A DNA stretch of 64,000 nt from Octopus vulgaris (GCA_951406725.2 OX597814.1:83576001-83640000), one strand, 5' to 3'. Counted from the stretch's first letter, positions 39,930 to 54,004 are shown. Translations and numbers: made by a program. The notes: generated from the letters alone by a model not told the origin.

Positions 39930-41110
39930 AAGGGGGCAGGAAAAACTACCTGCATCAACTTGCTATAAAAGTAGTGAGTAATTTTACCATGTTTTTATTC
40001 TTAGTACAAGTTTTGAAGAGTGCAGTTCGATTTTAACAGTTATTTTTTCAAAGCTATAATGGAAGTGACAAAGGAGCATATTCGGCCTATTTTGCTTTAT
40101 GAGTTCAATTCAAGGCATCTATGCAACAGAAGCTGTGAGGAATATTTATGCAGTATATGGGGATCAGACAATAAGCATAAACAGTGTCAAAGGTGGTTCT
40201 AGAAATTCTGAGCCAGAAACTACAGTCTAGAAGACAAGCCTCATCCTGGAAGATCTGTAGAACTCATCAAAGATGACCTGCAAACCCTGGTGAAACAAAA
40301 TTCCATCGTAAGTGTTGAGGAACTAACAGAGAAGCTTGGATTTGGTCATGCAACCATTCATTGACACTTGCATGCCATCAGAAAAGTCAGCAAATTGGGT
40401 GAATGAGTTCCTCACAAACTTTCCGTGTCTATTTGGGGGCAGAGAGTGAATGTATGGTCTTCTTTGCTGTTACACTTCACAAGTGAACCTTTTTTGGATT
40501 GAATAGTGACTGGAGACACGAAATGGGTTCTCTATAAAAATGTCAAGCACAAAAGACAATGAGTAGGGAAAGGAGAAACACTAGCATCCCAGGCTAAAGC
40601 ACTGTTACCTGTTTGGTGGGATATGAAAGGTTTAGTCCACTTTGAACTTTTGAATCCAAACCAAATGCTAACAAAGGAGATCTACTGTGAGCAACTTGGG
40701 TGGCACTAGAAGAAAAAAGATCATCTTTGGTTTCAAGATGACAGGTGCTCTTCCATTAGGATAATGATTGCCCACGTACAGTGAGGATGAAAATCCAAAG
40801 GCTGCAGCAGTTTGAAAGGGAAATGATACCCAACCTACCATATTTGCCAGACAATGACCCATCTGACTATCATTTATTCCAGTCTTCAAAATCATTTGGA
40901 CAGAAAAAATATGAATTCTATAGATGAGTCCTGGAAGAATATTTTTCATCATAGACAAGTGAATTTTGGAAGAGGTGTCTTGCAAGTCTACCAGATAGAT
41001 GGAAGAGCTTTGTAGAAAATGAAGGAGAGTATATTTTAGATTAAAAAAGAACTTTGTTTATCTTAATTTTGAAAAATAAAAGAAGTATAAAAAACTGCAT
41101 TATTTATGGG
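39930..41110 (+). mobile_element. Near full-length but inactivated mariner element
   Basis: MEVTKEHIRPILLYEF start, WVPH, IVTGD.KWV.Y, VWWDMKG and later motifs with many stops. Confidence 0.88.
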
Positions 41111-41336
41111 ATTTGAGCATGTCCGTTGCCAGTACTGCCTGACTGGCCCTCGTGCCAGTGGCATGTAAAAGCACCCACTACACTCTCAGAGTGGTTGGCA
41201 TTAGGAAGGGCATCCAACTGTAGAAACTCTGTCAGATCAGATTGGAGCCTAGTGCAGCCATCTGGTTCGCCAGACCTCTGTTAAATTGTCCAACCCATGC
41301 TAGCATGGAAAGTGGACGTTAAACCATGATGATGAT

Positions 41337-41385
<49 letters not shown>

Positions 41386-41387
<2 letters not shown>

Positions 41388-41554
41388 TTATTATATAGAA
41401 GGAGCTTCTACAGGACTAGAACTGTTTCGAAGATTTCTCTTGAATGAAACAGTTCTAGTCCTGTAGAAGCTCCTTCTATATAATAAATTAATTTTACTCT
41501 GCTATGTATTGAGTACCTTATTTACTGTGGTTAACCCCGAATCAACCCGGGACC
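41386..41554. mobile_element. Mini palindromic element in (TA)n (43 bp perfect arms 41386-41428 / 41446-41488, tail to 41554)
   Basis: Perfect inverted arms, 17 nt spacer, 66 nt unpaired tail, TA-type repeats on both sides. Confidence 0.7.
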
Positions 41555-42197
41555 TACATATATATATGTATATATATATACATGTATATATATATACATG
41601 TATATATATATACATGTATATATATGTGTGTGTACCTTTGTGTCTGTGTTTTTCCTCCACCAATGATTGACAACTAATGTTGTTGTGTTTATGTCCCTGA
41701 AACTTAGCAGTGTGGCAAAAGAGACCGATAGAACAAGTACTAAGCTTACAGAGAATAAGTCCTGGAGTCGATTTCTCGACTAAAGGTGGTGCTCCAGCAT
41801 GGGCGCAGTCAAATGACTGAAACAAGTTAAAGGGTATATATATATATATATATAATTTGTACATTATTATAAATAATATATATATATATATATTATATAT
41901 TATTATAAATAATATATATATATATATATCTATAATTTATATATTATAAATAATCAACCCATGCTAGCATGGAAAACGGACGCTAAATGATGATGATGAT
42001 GATGATGTATGATGATATTATTATTATTATGAATAATATATATTTTCTATTTTCTCTCCCTGTTTATTTCTGTGTTCCTTTCTGTCAAAGAATGTAGGCT
42101 CAAAACGTAAAAGACCTTCTTACTTCCCGAGTGTTAAACTAATACATCTGTTTGTTGTTTACACACTCGTCTTTGTCTTTTGTTTTTTTATAAATTC

Positions 42198-42246
<49 letters not shown>

Positions 42247-42250
<4 letters not shown>

Positions 42251-42870
42251 AGAGTTTATGAAAAAAACAAAAGACGAAGATAGGTGGTGTACAAAACAAA
42301 CAGATGTATTAGTATAACGCTCAGGAATAGAAAAAGTCTTTTACGTTTCGAGCCTATGCTTTCTACAGAAAGGGACACAGAAAAAACAAGGAGAGAAACA
42401 AGGAGAGAAAAAAAATTTGTGTAGTAGCTAACGAACTATCATGGCGACTAGTGGCAGACAGAAGGGTCACACACGAGAAGGAAAGTAGGGGAGATAACAA
42501 AGTAAAGATGACCCCCAACACGAAGGTGCATGTGTGTATAAGAGAGTATGTATGTGCATGTGAAAGAGGGCTGGTGGTCTGGACGTGTGCATGTATGTAT
42601 GTGTAGGTGTGAAAATGTGGGGACAGGTGTGTGGGTGGTGTGTTGTGATGTGATGTGTAATGTTGTATGGTGTAGTGTGGTGTGATATTGTTGAGAGGTG
42701 GCGGAGGTGAGAGTGGGGAAAGCATGGTGTGGGTTTGGCTGAGGGTTGGAGTAGAGTTGGGGTTTGTGGATAGGCAGAGGATGGGGGTAGAGGTGGGGTA
42801 TGTGGGGGAATTGGATTAGAGATTATGTTAACCTCATGAAGGGATGGCTTCACCTAAGGAAATACTGTTT
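42247..42870 (-). mobile_element. (TA)n-abutting repeat family, longest copy; probably the 3' end of another Penelope-like family
   Basis: Homologous plus-strand copies at ~19660-19878, ~42045-42201 and ~62720-62885, all ending at (TA)n; shared hammerhead-like fold ending GAAACGTA. Confidence 0.65.
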
Positions 42871-43002
42871 CAATACCTAGTATTTTAGGGGAATTAATTT
42901 CCTTAAAATAATAGGTGTATATATAAAAACATATAGTTTATATTAATTTAAAAGAAAAAGAAAATGGAGATTGGGAAGTTAATAATTGGAAATTAATCAT
43001 CA

Positions 43003-43088
43003 TCCCTTACAGCTGTTTCAATTAATACTCAGTAGATATTAAGTGAATATTAAATTTATATGACCTGAGCATAATATCTTCTGAGTGA
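43003..43088 (-). ncRNA. Decayed hammerhead-like fold with a long stem II
   Basis: Minus strand TCACT-CAGAAGA-..ATGCTCAG..CTGAGTAT..-GAAACAGCTGTA-AGGGA; palindromic stem III ACAGCTGT and a GUA triplet. Confidence 0.55.
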
Positions 43089-44464
43089 AAAAGATATATT
43101 CTTGGATGTTTTATATGTGTTTATGAATTCATTATATCAGACTGAATGATACGGTTTATATGAATCGATAAACACAAATGTTACTTGTGGATGATACTTG
43201 AGCACAGAAGCAATAAAGTTTAGTATCATCAGCATAAGAGTGAGCACTGTTGGAGGTGATGGTACATAGGTCATGGTGTAGAAGATGGAAGTGAATTCAG
43301 TGGTATTTCCAGTAATGCATTAACATATATATTAATACATAATATTTCATTACTATGTTAGTATATCATATTTCAAGATTATATTAACATATTTCATTTC
43401 AGCAATATATAGCTATATCATATATAACAATGATATATTCATTTCAATAGTGTAGTAATATATTTAAATGGTATATCAATTTTATTAATATATTAGTACA
43501 TTATTATATTGGGTATATTATATTCCAGAGATGAAATTATACATAATATATATCATAACATATATATACATAATATATATCCACTGAATCTTATTTGTTT
43601 TCTGCTAGTCTCATAGACAATAAATACAATAAAATATTAACTAAGCCCTCAACTTATTGAACTTCTTCATTCTAAATAGATTGTAATCTTGTAATTGTAG
43701 GCAAGCTTTATATTCCTGAAGTACAAAGAGTGAATAAAACAACTAACGATGGTAAAATTAAGGAGATGCTTTCACACAAAAAATGGTGAAATCTAATCCT
43801 CATTCTACTATTGGAAAAAGATTATGATAACTGGCACTCTGTTAGTTAGGACAATGAGGATTCCAGTTGGTTCAATCAATGGAACAGCTTGCTCAGGAAA
43901 TTAACGTACACGTGGCTGAGCACTCCACAGACATGCACACCATTAATGTAGTTCTTAGGGAGATTCAGTGTGATATAGAATGTGACAAGGCTGGCCCCTT
44001 TAAATTACAGGTACAAATCACTTTTGCCAGCTGAAAGCAGTGGAGCAATGTGAAACAACGTATGCTTGTGTGTTGTAACTAAACAATAAGTACTAGGCTG
44101 TGGTGATTCTTCATGGTTGAAAAACTGGAAACACTACACATAAAAACACCTAAAATAATACAATTTAAGAGCAGACATTTGTAAACATCCTAATTTTAAG
44201 CTAACAATCTATCTTTATTCAGACTAGCCAACCTATATTTAGTTTGACCGGATTTTAACATAGGGCTTGCCAATTTCTGCTATATTGGGAATTTGGCAGT
44301 ATGTCAAATATGAAATTCCCAGTGAGCCAGGAATACTCCTAAGCAGGTTAATATAGATTTCTTACTTAATCTGTAGAGTAGAAGTATAGTTGATATAATT
44401 TATCCCCCAGTACATGTCTGGTACTTATCAACTATAGATGAATGCAAGACAAATTTGCTTGTAA

Positions 44465-45137
44465 ACAGTATACAGACATTTTCACAGACAGCTAGTCTTA
44501 ACAATTCATAGAGAGCCAACTTAAATGCTTATAATATTCAGTTCAACATCATATGGTGATTTCAAATTCTATCACATTTGATCTTGTTTTGCTTTCCTCT
44601 GAGCATGAAGAAAATAAGTATCTCTTATACATTGTAGTTGATTTAATCAACTATGTCCTCATACAGAAAAAATTGGTCTAGTTCCTATGAAAGAAATCTT
44701 CATTATAACATTTAATTAAGTCTGTCTATATATTGATTTTTTCTTGCACACACACATAAGGTTTGAGATAAAGAACATTAGCAGCTTATGTGAAATAAAA
44801 CAGCAACACTGTTTTCCTAATATTTATAAAAAAATACTTTTAAGCAGAGACCATCACATTTTAGTTATCGAAGGGGAGGGAGGCTCTCCTCTTTGAGAAA
44901 AAAGCTGTAATCTATACACCATATACAATAAGTATTATATTTTGTTTCAATAAATAAATAGGGTCTTTCATATTTTCTTGCTGTTCCATCATTGAAATAT
45001 CCTAATATATTATCAAATGTTCTAAATTATGAGTAAAACGGATAAAATTCTTGTAAGCCAACTCAACAAACCAGTTTTGATTATCAGATCTTGTAGTTTC
45101 ATTTCACATAAGCTGCTAATGTTCTTTATCTCAGACC

Positions 45138-45176
<39 letters not shown>

Positions 45177-45500
45177 AGAGAGCATGAAAAATCAATATAC
45201 AGAGAGGCTTAATTAAATGTTATAATGAAGATTTCTTTCCCAAGAAGAACAAACCCAGTTTTTGGTGTATGAAGACATAGTTGATTAAATCAATTACAAT
45301 GTATAAGAGATACTTATTTTCTTCCTTCTCATTGGAATGCAAGGCAGAATCAAATGTGATAGAATTTGAAATCACTAGATGGTACTAAACTCAATACTAT
45401 AATGTATAAATATATGCTGATATTAAGCAACATTACTACTACTACTACTACTACTACTACTAATATTAAGATTGGATGTCTGTGAAAATGTCTATATGCC
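44465..45500. repeat. Diverged inverted duplication (~44465-44800 vs ~45097-45500) with ~300 bp spacer
   Basis: e.g. gagataaagaacattagcagcttatgtgaaat / atttcacataagctgctaatgttctttatctc and several further matching blocks. Confidence 0.85.
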
Positions 45501-45927
45501 GATGACTTAGTTTTAGCTGAATCTACCAATGAATCAGAGAATAACTTCAGGACTGAAACATATAAAAGAATAAAAGAAAAAATAATGTAGAACTAAAAAC
45601 CTTACAGTAATCCTAGTCTTACAGCAATCCTAGAAAAAAGTAGTTTTAATCAAAAAGAGAGATGACAGGACTCTACAACAAAGTGACTTTGTTCACTATA
45701 TAGTAAGAGAGTATACAGGAATTCCATGTGCAGAGGGATCACAGGCAGGCTGATCAAGAAGAGTGACTTGATATGCAGCAGATGCATTGGAGTAGTTATC
45801 AGTAAGAGCACCCATGAAATAAATTCTTCCAAAATTCTCAGAAAATTCCTTAGTAGTACTTGATATTTTCTGGTGCCTAATTGAACTAATTAGTGATGGA
45901 TGAGAATGTTCCAAAAACATAGTAGAG

Positions 45928-46262
45928 CAATGGTTCTCAACTGGGGTCCATATAAGAATTTTGGGAGTCCAAGCAACAAAATAGTAAATTGGGGATCCAC
46001 CGTAGTATTTTAAGAGCCCCTGAAAAGATTTTACTTCAGATGTATGTATTGGTATAAGTTGCAAGAAACAGCTAGGGTTTTTTTTCCTTTAACATTTCAC
46101 ATGGATCAACCTACACAAGTTAATATGTGAGAAACAAAATAGGAATTTTGGAAGAAGTTTCTATACAACTAGTTTGTAAATATTGAACAGCTATGGGAGT
46201 CCACCAGAATAAAATAATAATCAAAGGGGTCCATAAATAAGAAAAATGATTAAGAACCCCTA
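45928..46262. mobile_element. hAT-type non-autonomous element with 8-bp TSD
   Basis: TSD TAGTAGAG at 45920-45927 and 46263-46270; ends caatggttctcaa / ttaagaaccccta. Confidence 0.85.
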
Positions 46263-47050
46263 TAGTAGAGTAAAAATGGGATGAAAGGTGTTCAGGGAGC
46301 TTTTACTTTTGCTGGCTATAAAGGGATTCTGTAATGATTAAAGGGTAGATTGTCTGGTACTTGTGTATGAAGTGTACTGTTACATAGTAACAAAACATGG
46401 GCAGTGAATGTAGAAGATTCCAGTAAAGGCTGGAATGAAATGAGGAGAGTATAATGCCCTGGATGTATAATGTTTGTGTGCAGGAAGAATGCAGTACAAA
46501 CAAGCTGAATGAAAAGTTAAGTAGTATACAGATGTAGTGTACAAAAGAGGAGTTGGTACAGATGTGTGATGTGTAAGGAGGATGGCAGTTGGATAAAGAA
46601 GTACAGAGCAGTATAGGTGAATGAAACCTGCAAAAGGGGAAGACTAAGAAAGATATGGGAAGACATACTGAAAGATAATCTTAAGAGGTTCAGCCTTGTG
46701 AAGAAGATGACAATGGACTGCAACAAATGGTGTAAAACTGAAATGAAGGAGACCCATGTAAGCATGGAAAAATAGATACAAAATAATAATGATGATGATG
46801 ACTACGATGATGACGATGATGCTTGCACTGACAATAATGACTATCACAAATTTCTAGGGCAGGCTTTAGTTGACTGAATTGGCCTCAGTACATGACTCAT
46901 ATTTACTTTATCAATGCTTGAAGAAGGAAGGGTTGAGGAAATTCAACTTTGGCAAGATTTGAATTCAGAATGAAGAACAACAAGATTAAATGCAACATAG
47001 CATTAAATCTCACAATCCAATGGTTCTACCACACTACTACTACTACTACA

Positions 47051-47102
<52 letters not shown>

Positions 47103-48686
47103 TTAGAAACAACAACAACAATCCTTTCTACTATAGACACAAGGGCCTGAAATTTTGGGAGAAGGTGACTCCAGTGCACAACTAGTACTTATTTCATCAA
47201 TTTCCAAAAGAATGAATGACAAAGTCAACCTCAGCATAATTTGAACTCAGAACATAAAGACAAAAGAAATGCCGCTAAGCATTTATAAGAATAATATCAT
47301 AAGAATAATAAAGGTTTCAGTTTTTGGCACAAGGGCAGCGATTTTAGGAGAAGAGGTAAGTTGATTATATCAACCCCAGTGCTCAACTGCTACTTATTTT
47401 ATCAACCCGAAAAGAACAAAACACAAAGTTGACCTCAACAGATGTGAAATATAAAGTAAACATGGTATACAAATAAATGAGGATGATGCAAACCTCCTGA
47501 TGCAGGTGAACTTCCGCCTAAGGTCAATTGAGGAAACCCACAAACCTAAGTTCACTCTGAACATCAAGACTAGGTGCCTGTTTCATTTGATAATCCCTGA
47601 CCTACAGACATGTACTTAGAAGGGTCTTGCCCACTTTTGTCTTTTTCACATCCACCTTTCAATAAATTCCCTTGAGGATAGCAGCTCCCTCTCCCACTTA
47701 CCTTCCTTTCCAAGTGAAACTTGAAAATATCAAGGAGGGCTTGACCAAAGAGGTGAGTGTCTGTCATCAGACCTTTTGACTTTGTCCATCACACAACCTC
47801 TTTCGCTATAGCCACCATACAAGGGAAAACTACCTTTCTTGCCCATGTTAATGGAAGACAGTGAGGCAACAATCACAATAGATTCAACTGATAGCCAGAT
47901 TCATCCCACATGTAGTGAACAGCTGCTTGACATAACTTCAAGTCAGCAATACCCAGCCAGTGAGAAAGTACATGCAGAATCGTTTCATTGGATAGACTTG
48001 TCTAACAGCATTTATCCTGACTGTATAATTTATTGCAAACTAGTAATACCCCTTGGTAGCATTGTTGTTGGAGGTGGGAGCAATGATGGTACTTTTGTTA
48101 TTATCATTTAAGTTTTCATTGTCAATGCTTATTTTCATTCTGTGCTTCTCAGTAACTGTATTTATAACTGTATGTTTGTTCAGTTGCCATTTTTTTCGGT
48201 TTTCCTTTTTGTTCACAGTTTTTTGTATTTGCAAAACTGGTGAGATGTTTCCACTACTGTGATTAATACTTAGTGATATTGAGTCAGTCACAAACAAAGT
48301 AACTGGATATTTTTTGGAATATAATTTCGTTTCTATTTTTTTTTTCCCCACTTTTTACTTGTTTCAGTTCTGGACTCGTCTGCTAGAGATAGCAGTAGTT
48401 CACTCCAGCTCACAATATATAGAAAACTAAATGACAGAATCACTGGCCTTGCAACAAGTAAACTGGCTAGTTAGAAAATCTCTATAAGAGATGAACTCAG
48501 TAACTATACTGAGAAGTAATGTTTACTGCCACTTAATCATGGCTGCTCTGTTTAAATATTGTTAAGCTCATTGTTGGAGGAAAGAACAAAATAATTTTTT
48601 CATCAAATAATCCTGGAAGAAAGTCCTTTGTATGTGGAGTTCTTTCACAAGTAGACATGGTAAACAACAACAAGAACAACAACTAC

Positions 48687-48733
<47 letters not shown>

Positions 48734-48767
48734 TAATAATAATAAAGATAATAATAATAATAATAAT

Positions 48768-49314
48768 TGCAGTACCAGGCAGTGGCTCTCATGGCTTCTG
48801 ATCTTAACTGATTGGAAGTGTTATCATGTACATTGTTTTGTCTTGGTATAAAAGATGGGCTACAGCAAATATTCTGCTCAATACCACAGATTTGCTTGTC
48901 AGTTGTTTGACTTTAACCAGTTGAGCATGTCACTTAGTGGCTGACGATATGTGCATCTCTGATCACGAGCAGAAGTAGTGGGGGAGCATCATAGCCATGT
49001 GTTGAGAGGGATTCTTTGGGGTTTGAATAATTCACCTCTGGAAACATGGGTGGTTCTTTCAACATCCTTAAACAACCCTTATTCAGGGACCTTTTGAGCG
49101 GGATGGGCTACTCAACCAGAAGAAAATTCTAATTGGGCCCCACCTGCAAGGTCATGTGCTGTTTATCTTTTTATGAGATCACCATGTCGCGCACATATGG
49201 TTGTGATGCATGTGCCTGGTGTACCCTTATCAGACGGGTAGTCATGATGGGTATATTGGGCTTCGTATATTTTACCCCAGTGTCACTTTGATGGCATGAA
49301 CTGCTCTCTCACTC
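48768..49314. repeat. Interspersed element embedded in (AAT)n
   Basis: GC-richer ~550 bp block with sharp (AAT)n borders on both sides; class not determined. Confidence 0.55.
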
Positions 49315-49350
<36 letters not shown>

Positions 49351-49539
49351 CCTTTCTACTATAGGCACAAGGCCTGAAATTTTATGGACCCCAGTATGCA
49401 ACTGATACTTATTTCATCCATCCCAAAAAGATGAAAGGTAAAGTCAACCTTAGTAGAATTTGAACTCAGATCATAAAGACTGACAAAATGCCACTAATCA
49501 TTTTGCCTGGCATGCTGACAATTCTGCCAGCTTATTACC

Positions 49540-49596
<57 letters not shown>

Positions 49597-50760
49597 GTTT
49601 CAAATTTTGCCACAAGGGCAAAATTTTGGGGGAGGGGATTAGTTGAATACATCAACACCATATTTCAACTGGTACTTATTTTATTGAACCCAAAATGATG
49701 AAAAGCAAAGTCAAACTTGGCAGAATTTGAACTCAGGACATGAAGACAAACGAAATGCTGCTAAGCATTTTGCCTGGCATGCTAACAATTCTACCAGCTC
49801 ACCACCTTAATAATAATAATAAGAACACTCAGAGAGCACAAACCTTCGCCAAGGCAATGCCAACGTCCTCTCAACAATTAGCCAGAGATGATTTTTAAAA
49901 TGAGAATAAACTCGACTGCTCTCACAAACGAGAATACTAAAAATGAACCCATCCATTCTCAAAAATTAAGTAAAAGAACAGGAAAAATAATCAAGAATCC
50001 TTGTCTGGTACTGAATTGATCCCAAAATCTAATCAGTTCGTGCCAGTCACAAGGACAAACACACCTGAAAGTTTCATCTGAATCCATCAAGCAGTTCTTG
50101 AGATATCTTGTCCAGGGACAAACAAACAAACATAACTGAAAACAATACCTCTGCCTTTACTAAAGCAGAGGTAATAATGATAATAATAGTAATTTGAATT
50201 TGAACTGAGAACATGTAGACAGTTAAAATGCTGCTAAGCATTTTGCCCGGCACAGTAATGATTCTGCCAGCTCACTGCATTAATAATAATGAGGCTGCTG
50301 ATGATGATGATCCTTTCTACAATGGGCACAAGTCATAGTCAATTACATCAACTCCAATGTGTAACTGGTACTTATTTAATCAACCCCGAAAGGAGGAAAG
50401 GCAAAGTCAACCTAGATGATATTTGATACCAGAATATAAAAACAGAAGAAATGTTGCTAAGCATTTTGTATGGCATGCTAATGATTCTGCCAGCTCACTG
50501 CCGTAATAATAATAATAATAATAATAACAATCTCTATTTAGGTGCAAAGCTAGCAATTTTTGGGAAGGGAGTTAGTCAATTATGTCAACCCATTTCTTTA
50601 CTAGCATTTTATTTTGATGACTTGGGAGAATGAAAGGTAAAGACAACCTTTGTGAGATTTGAACTGAGAATGTAAAGTGCTAGAACAAATACCAAAGACT
50701 ATTTTTCTGATGTTCTAATGATTTTACTAATCCTCCATACTTATTATAATGATATTAATT

Positions 50761-51000
50761 GGCGGCGAGCTGGCAAAAACGTTAGCGTGCCAGGTGAAAG
50801 GCTTAGTGGTATTTCGTCTGTCATTACGTTCTGAGTTCAAATTCAAATTCCGCCAAGGTCGACTTTGCCTTTCATCCTTTCGGGGCCGATAAATAAAGTA
50901 CCAGTTTCGCACTGGGATCGATGTAATCGACTTAATCCCTTTGTCTGTCCTTGTTTGTCCCTTCTGTGTTTAGCCCCTTGTGGGTAGTAAAGAAATATAT
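50761..51000 (+). mobile_element. tRNA-derived SINE family A, well-preserved copy
   Basis: A-box-like GGCGGCGAGCTGG and B-box GAGTTCAAATTCC. Many copies on both strands, e.g. ~16670-16870, 31490-31695, 36578-36850, 38925-39615, 49350-49810, 50190-50500, 60305-60520. Confidence 0.85.
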
Positions 51001-51116
51001 AATAATAATACCAAGAAGAAGAAGAAATCAACAACAACAACAATAATAATGATCTCCTTATCTGTCCTTAATGATAACAATAATGAAACAATAGATGGAG
51101 TAGATTTTATACTTAC

Positions 51117-51150
51117 AGGTAATTCGAAGGATGTTGGGAAAAAGTCATAA
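51117..51150 (-). CDS. TTLL9: TTLL9-like coding exon 5, 34 bp (YDFFPTSFELP)
   Basis: ttcag acceptor, gtaag donor; DFFP.TF.LP motif; phase fits both neighbours. Confidence 0.9.
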
Positions 51151-52905
51151 CTGAAAAACAGAAGAACATTTTAATTAATTCAAAATCCCCTATTTGAACA
51201 ACTTAAAAACAGTTCTAAAAAAAATCATGATTTTAGTACTTGTAGCAGTGGTGGTGGTGGTGGTGGTGGTGGTAGTGGTAGTAGTAGTAGTAGTAGTAGT
51301 AGTAGAGGAAATTTAGACAAAGCAGACAATGCAGAATGGAGTATTTCAAGACTAACTGGTGAGTGAAAATCAGCAGCCATATTAATATTCATAATTAGTA
51401 TCATACATTCACTCTTTATATATATAAAAACACATATATATGTACATATATCATAAATAGACATGCATACATAGGTGTATATACATATATATAAGAATAT
51501 ATGTATATACCACACACACACACAAAATAAAATATTATATTCTCATATCAGCCACTTTACCAATTGGTTCCATATTAGGAGTCTTAGCAATCATCAGAAA
51601 AGGCTGAAAGGAATAGAATGGCGTGGTATTCTAATCATTCTGAGAGTGTCACATCTGGTTTGCTGGTTTTATGGCGATTGTAAAAATCAGAGCAAAATCG
51701 TCCAGGTCAAAAACCCGGGAAGAAAAAAAAATTTTCTTAATTTATTGGAGTTATTCCCCTTGGATTGGGAGTTTAAAAATAATGCTTATGTTAATTAGCT
51801 ATTTGTTTGTAGGGAGGCGTTAGGATCAACGTAAGGGCGGGATGAAATGAAAATGTGGGAGAGTGAGGATGGGAGATGATTGGGGAAGGTTAATTTTAAC
51901 TGTTATATTATTCCTTCAAATTTCCATGGCAGGAAAAAACTGAGTGGCATGTACTCCAATGCTTATGCCTATATTGTGTCAGCCAGTATGTAAGAACAAA
52001 TATGGGCTCATGTGTACCTACCAAACGTGTTAGGTATAGAAAACCTCACTTTTATTATAATTAAGGTAGGCACCTTGATGAAGAGAATTATTTAGCATGA
52101 TCCTTTACTTAGCTATGTTTACCAAAAGAAAATCATTGTTGTTTTTCTTTTGTGCATAAAAGTACATCATGCCTATCACCAGCAGCAGACAATCACTGCT
52201 ACTTCCACTGCCAGGACTACCAGATCACATAATTTTGGCCTCTTTGAGGCTTGTCAATGATAGACATCTTGCAGCTGGAAATAGCAGTAAGTGCTGCACT
52301 AGCCATATACATAGAAATAAAGATCCAAATCAGGCACTGATGTCACTAAAAGCAAATACGTGATAGTTATGATGTGCTTTTATATACCGAAGAAAACCAC
52401 TACTAGCCTCATCTTGCTCTCTGCACTCCACAAGACACTGTGCGGTCACTTTCCTGTTTGATGAACCATGAAGGTTTCTGCTGGATCTAGTCTTCACATG
52501 CATAGGCAAGCCCTAATATGCTAATAGGCAAACCTTAATATGCTAATTAACCCATAGCTAGGACCCTGACAGGTGCTATTACTCAGTATCAAAATAGAAC
52601 TAGTGGTTAAGAAGTGTTTCCATATTCTTCAAAACAAAACGACAGTATTCTAAAGTGCTGCTCTACCACTGGTCACTTACGTTTTCCATTTCACTGGATT
52701 CTGCTCCTCTGAAAAACCTTTTAACCACTGTCCTTTCTTTCTACTGCTGTTCTGAATTACAAGCCTGTTGCTTGATTCAATAGAGAAGCTTGGATATCCA
52801 CTGCATCCATCTCCATCCCTAGTCATCTTAACCTAGTCTTCCCAATGGATTGAAGATGGTCTTAGATGAGAGAGTGAGGTTGACTGTGTGCAATTTTTCT
52901 TCTCT

Positions 52906-53129
52906 TTAACTTTTTGGCATTTAAACTGGCCATATCCGGCCAAAATAATCTGTTTTATATTCAAACTGGCCAGATCCAACCTCTCACACTTACCCTACGA
53001 TATTACTCTAAAAATAAATAATCACATCATTGAAATCTCAAAACTAGAAGGTAAGGCATGACTAATTCAAATCAATGTGAATAAATAAGCAGTACATTTG
53101 ACAGAGAAATCTGAATGCAAGAGAATTAA
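52906..53129. mobile_element. TTAA-flanked piggyBac-type MITE
   Basis: TTAA at both ends with imperfect TIRs (ctttttggcatt / aatgcaagagaa). Confidence 0.5.
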
Positions 53130-54004
53130 ACCAAGTCAACAAGCAAGTCATCTGTCATCCCTAAGGATGAAAAGAAGATCTTTGTCACTCTGACAGATGA
53201 CCATGGAAATAAGAGTAACTGGTTGGGAGAATTGGCAGATAGAAATAACAACAGTACAGCAATGATTCAGAACAGTACATTCCCATGAAATTATTGCTTT
53301 ATTCTTTTACTTGTTTCAATCATTTGACAGTAGCCAGACTGAAGGTTTCTAGTCGAACAAATCAACCCCACGACTTATTTTATATAAGCTTAGTACTTAT
53401 TCTATCAGTTGCCTTTGCCGAACCATTAAGTTATTGGGACATAAGTACACCAACACCAGTTGTCAAGTGGTGGGGGAGGGGGAACAAACACAGACACAAA
53501 GACACACACATGTAGACATATACATACATACATACATACATATATATATGATGGGCTTCTTTCAGTTTCTGTCTACATAAGGATTTGGTCAGCCAAAGGC
53601 TATAAAAGACACTTGCCTGAGTTGTTATGCAGTGGAACTGAACCCAGAATCATGTGGTTGGGAAGCAAGCTTCTTATCACACATTCCAAAAGAGCAAAAA
53701 CGAATGAAGTAGTAAGTAGAAGTGACAGTAAGAACTGAAAAAACCAACACAATTGAGAATAATTCAGTGGTGGTTGGTTAACCCTAGGTCAGTGCTAACA
53801 AGTAGATCTATGATTGAAGGCACCTCAGCTATGAGTATTACATCTTTTGTTAAAGATGGTACAGTGCAATTTAGGATGAGATTTGGTTGCTACTTTCAGT
53901 GGGTTGAATGACTACATAGAAGCCCCTTCATCATCTTACAGTAACATGGTATTGGAGAACATTTAATTTAACTAAACTAACAAACATATTTTAGAACAAC
54001 TTAC

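Noticed and set aside
41805-41830. CAGTC-aaat-GACTG-AAAC-AA-GT at SINE B tails (also ~48352-48385) as a hammerhead
   Set aside because: No proper CUGANGA core or stem I; more likely an ordinary SINE/LINE 3' stem-loop
47570-48351. Short ORFs as a nested gene in the TTLL9 intron
   Set aside because: No recognisable domain or consistent exon structure
50761-50860. tRNA gene
   Set aside because: A/B-box-like motifs belong to a multi-copy SINE head; no complete cloverleaf seen
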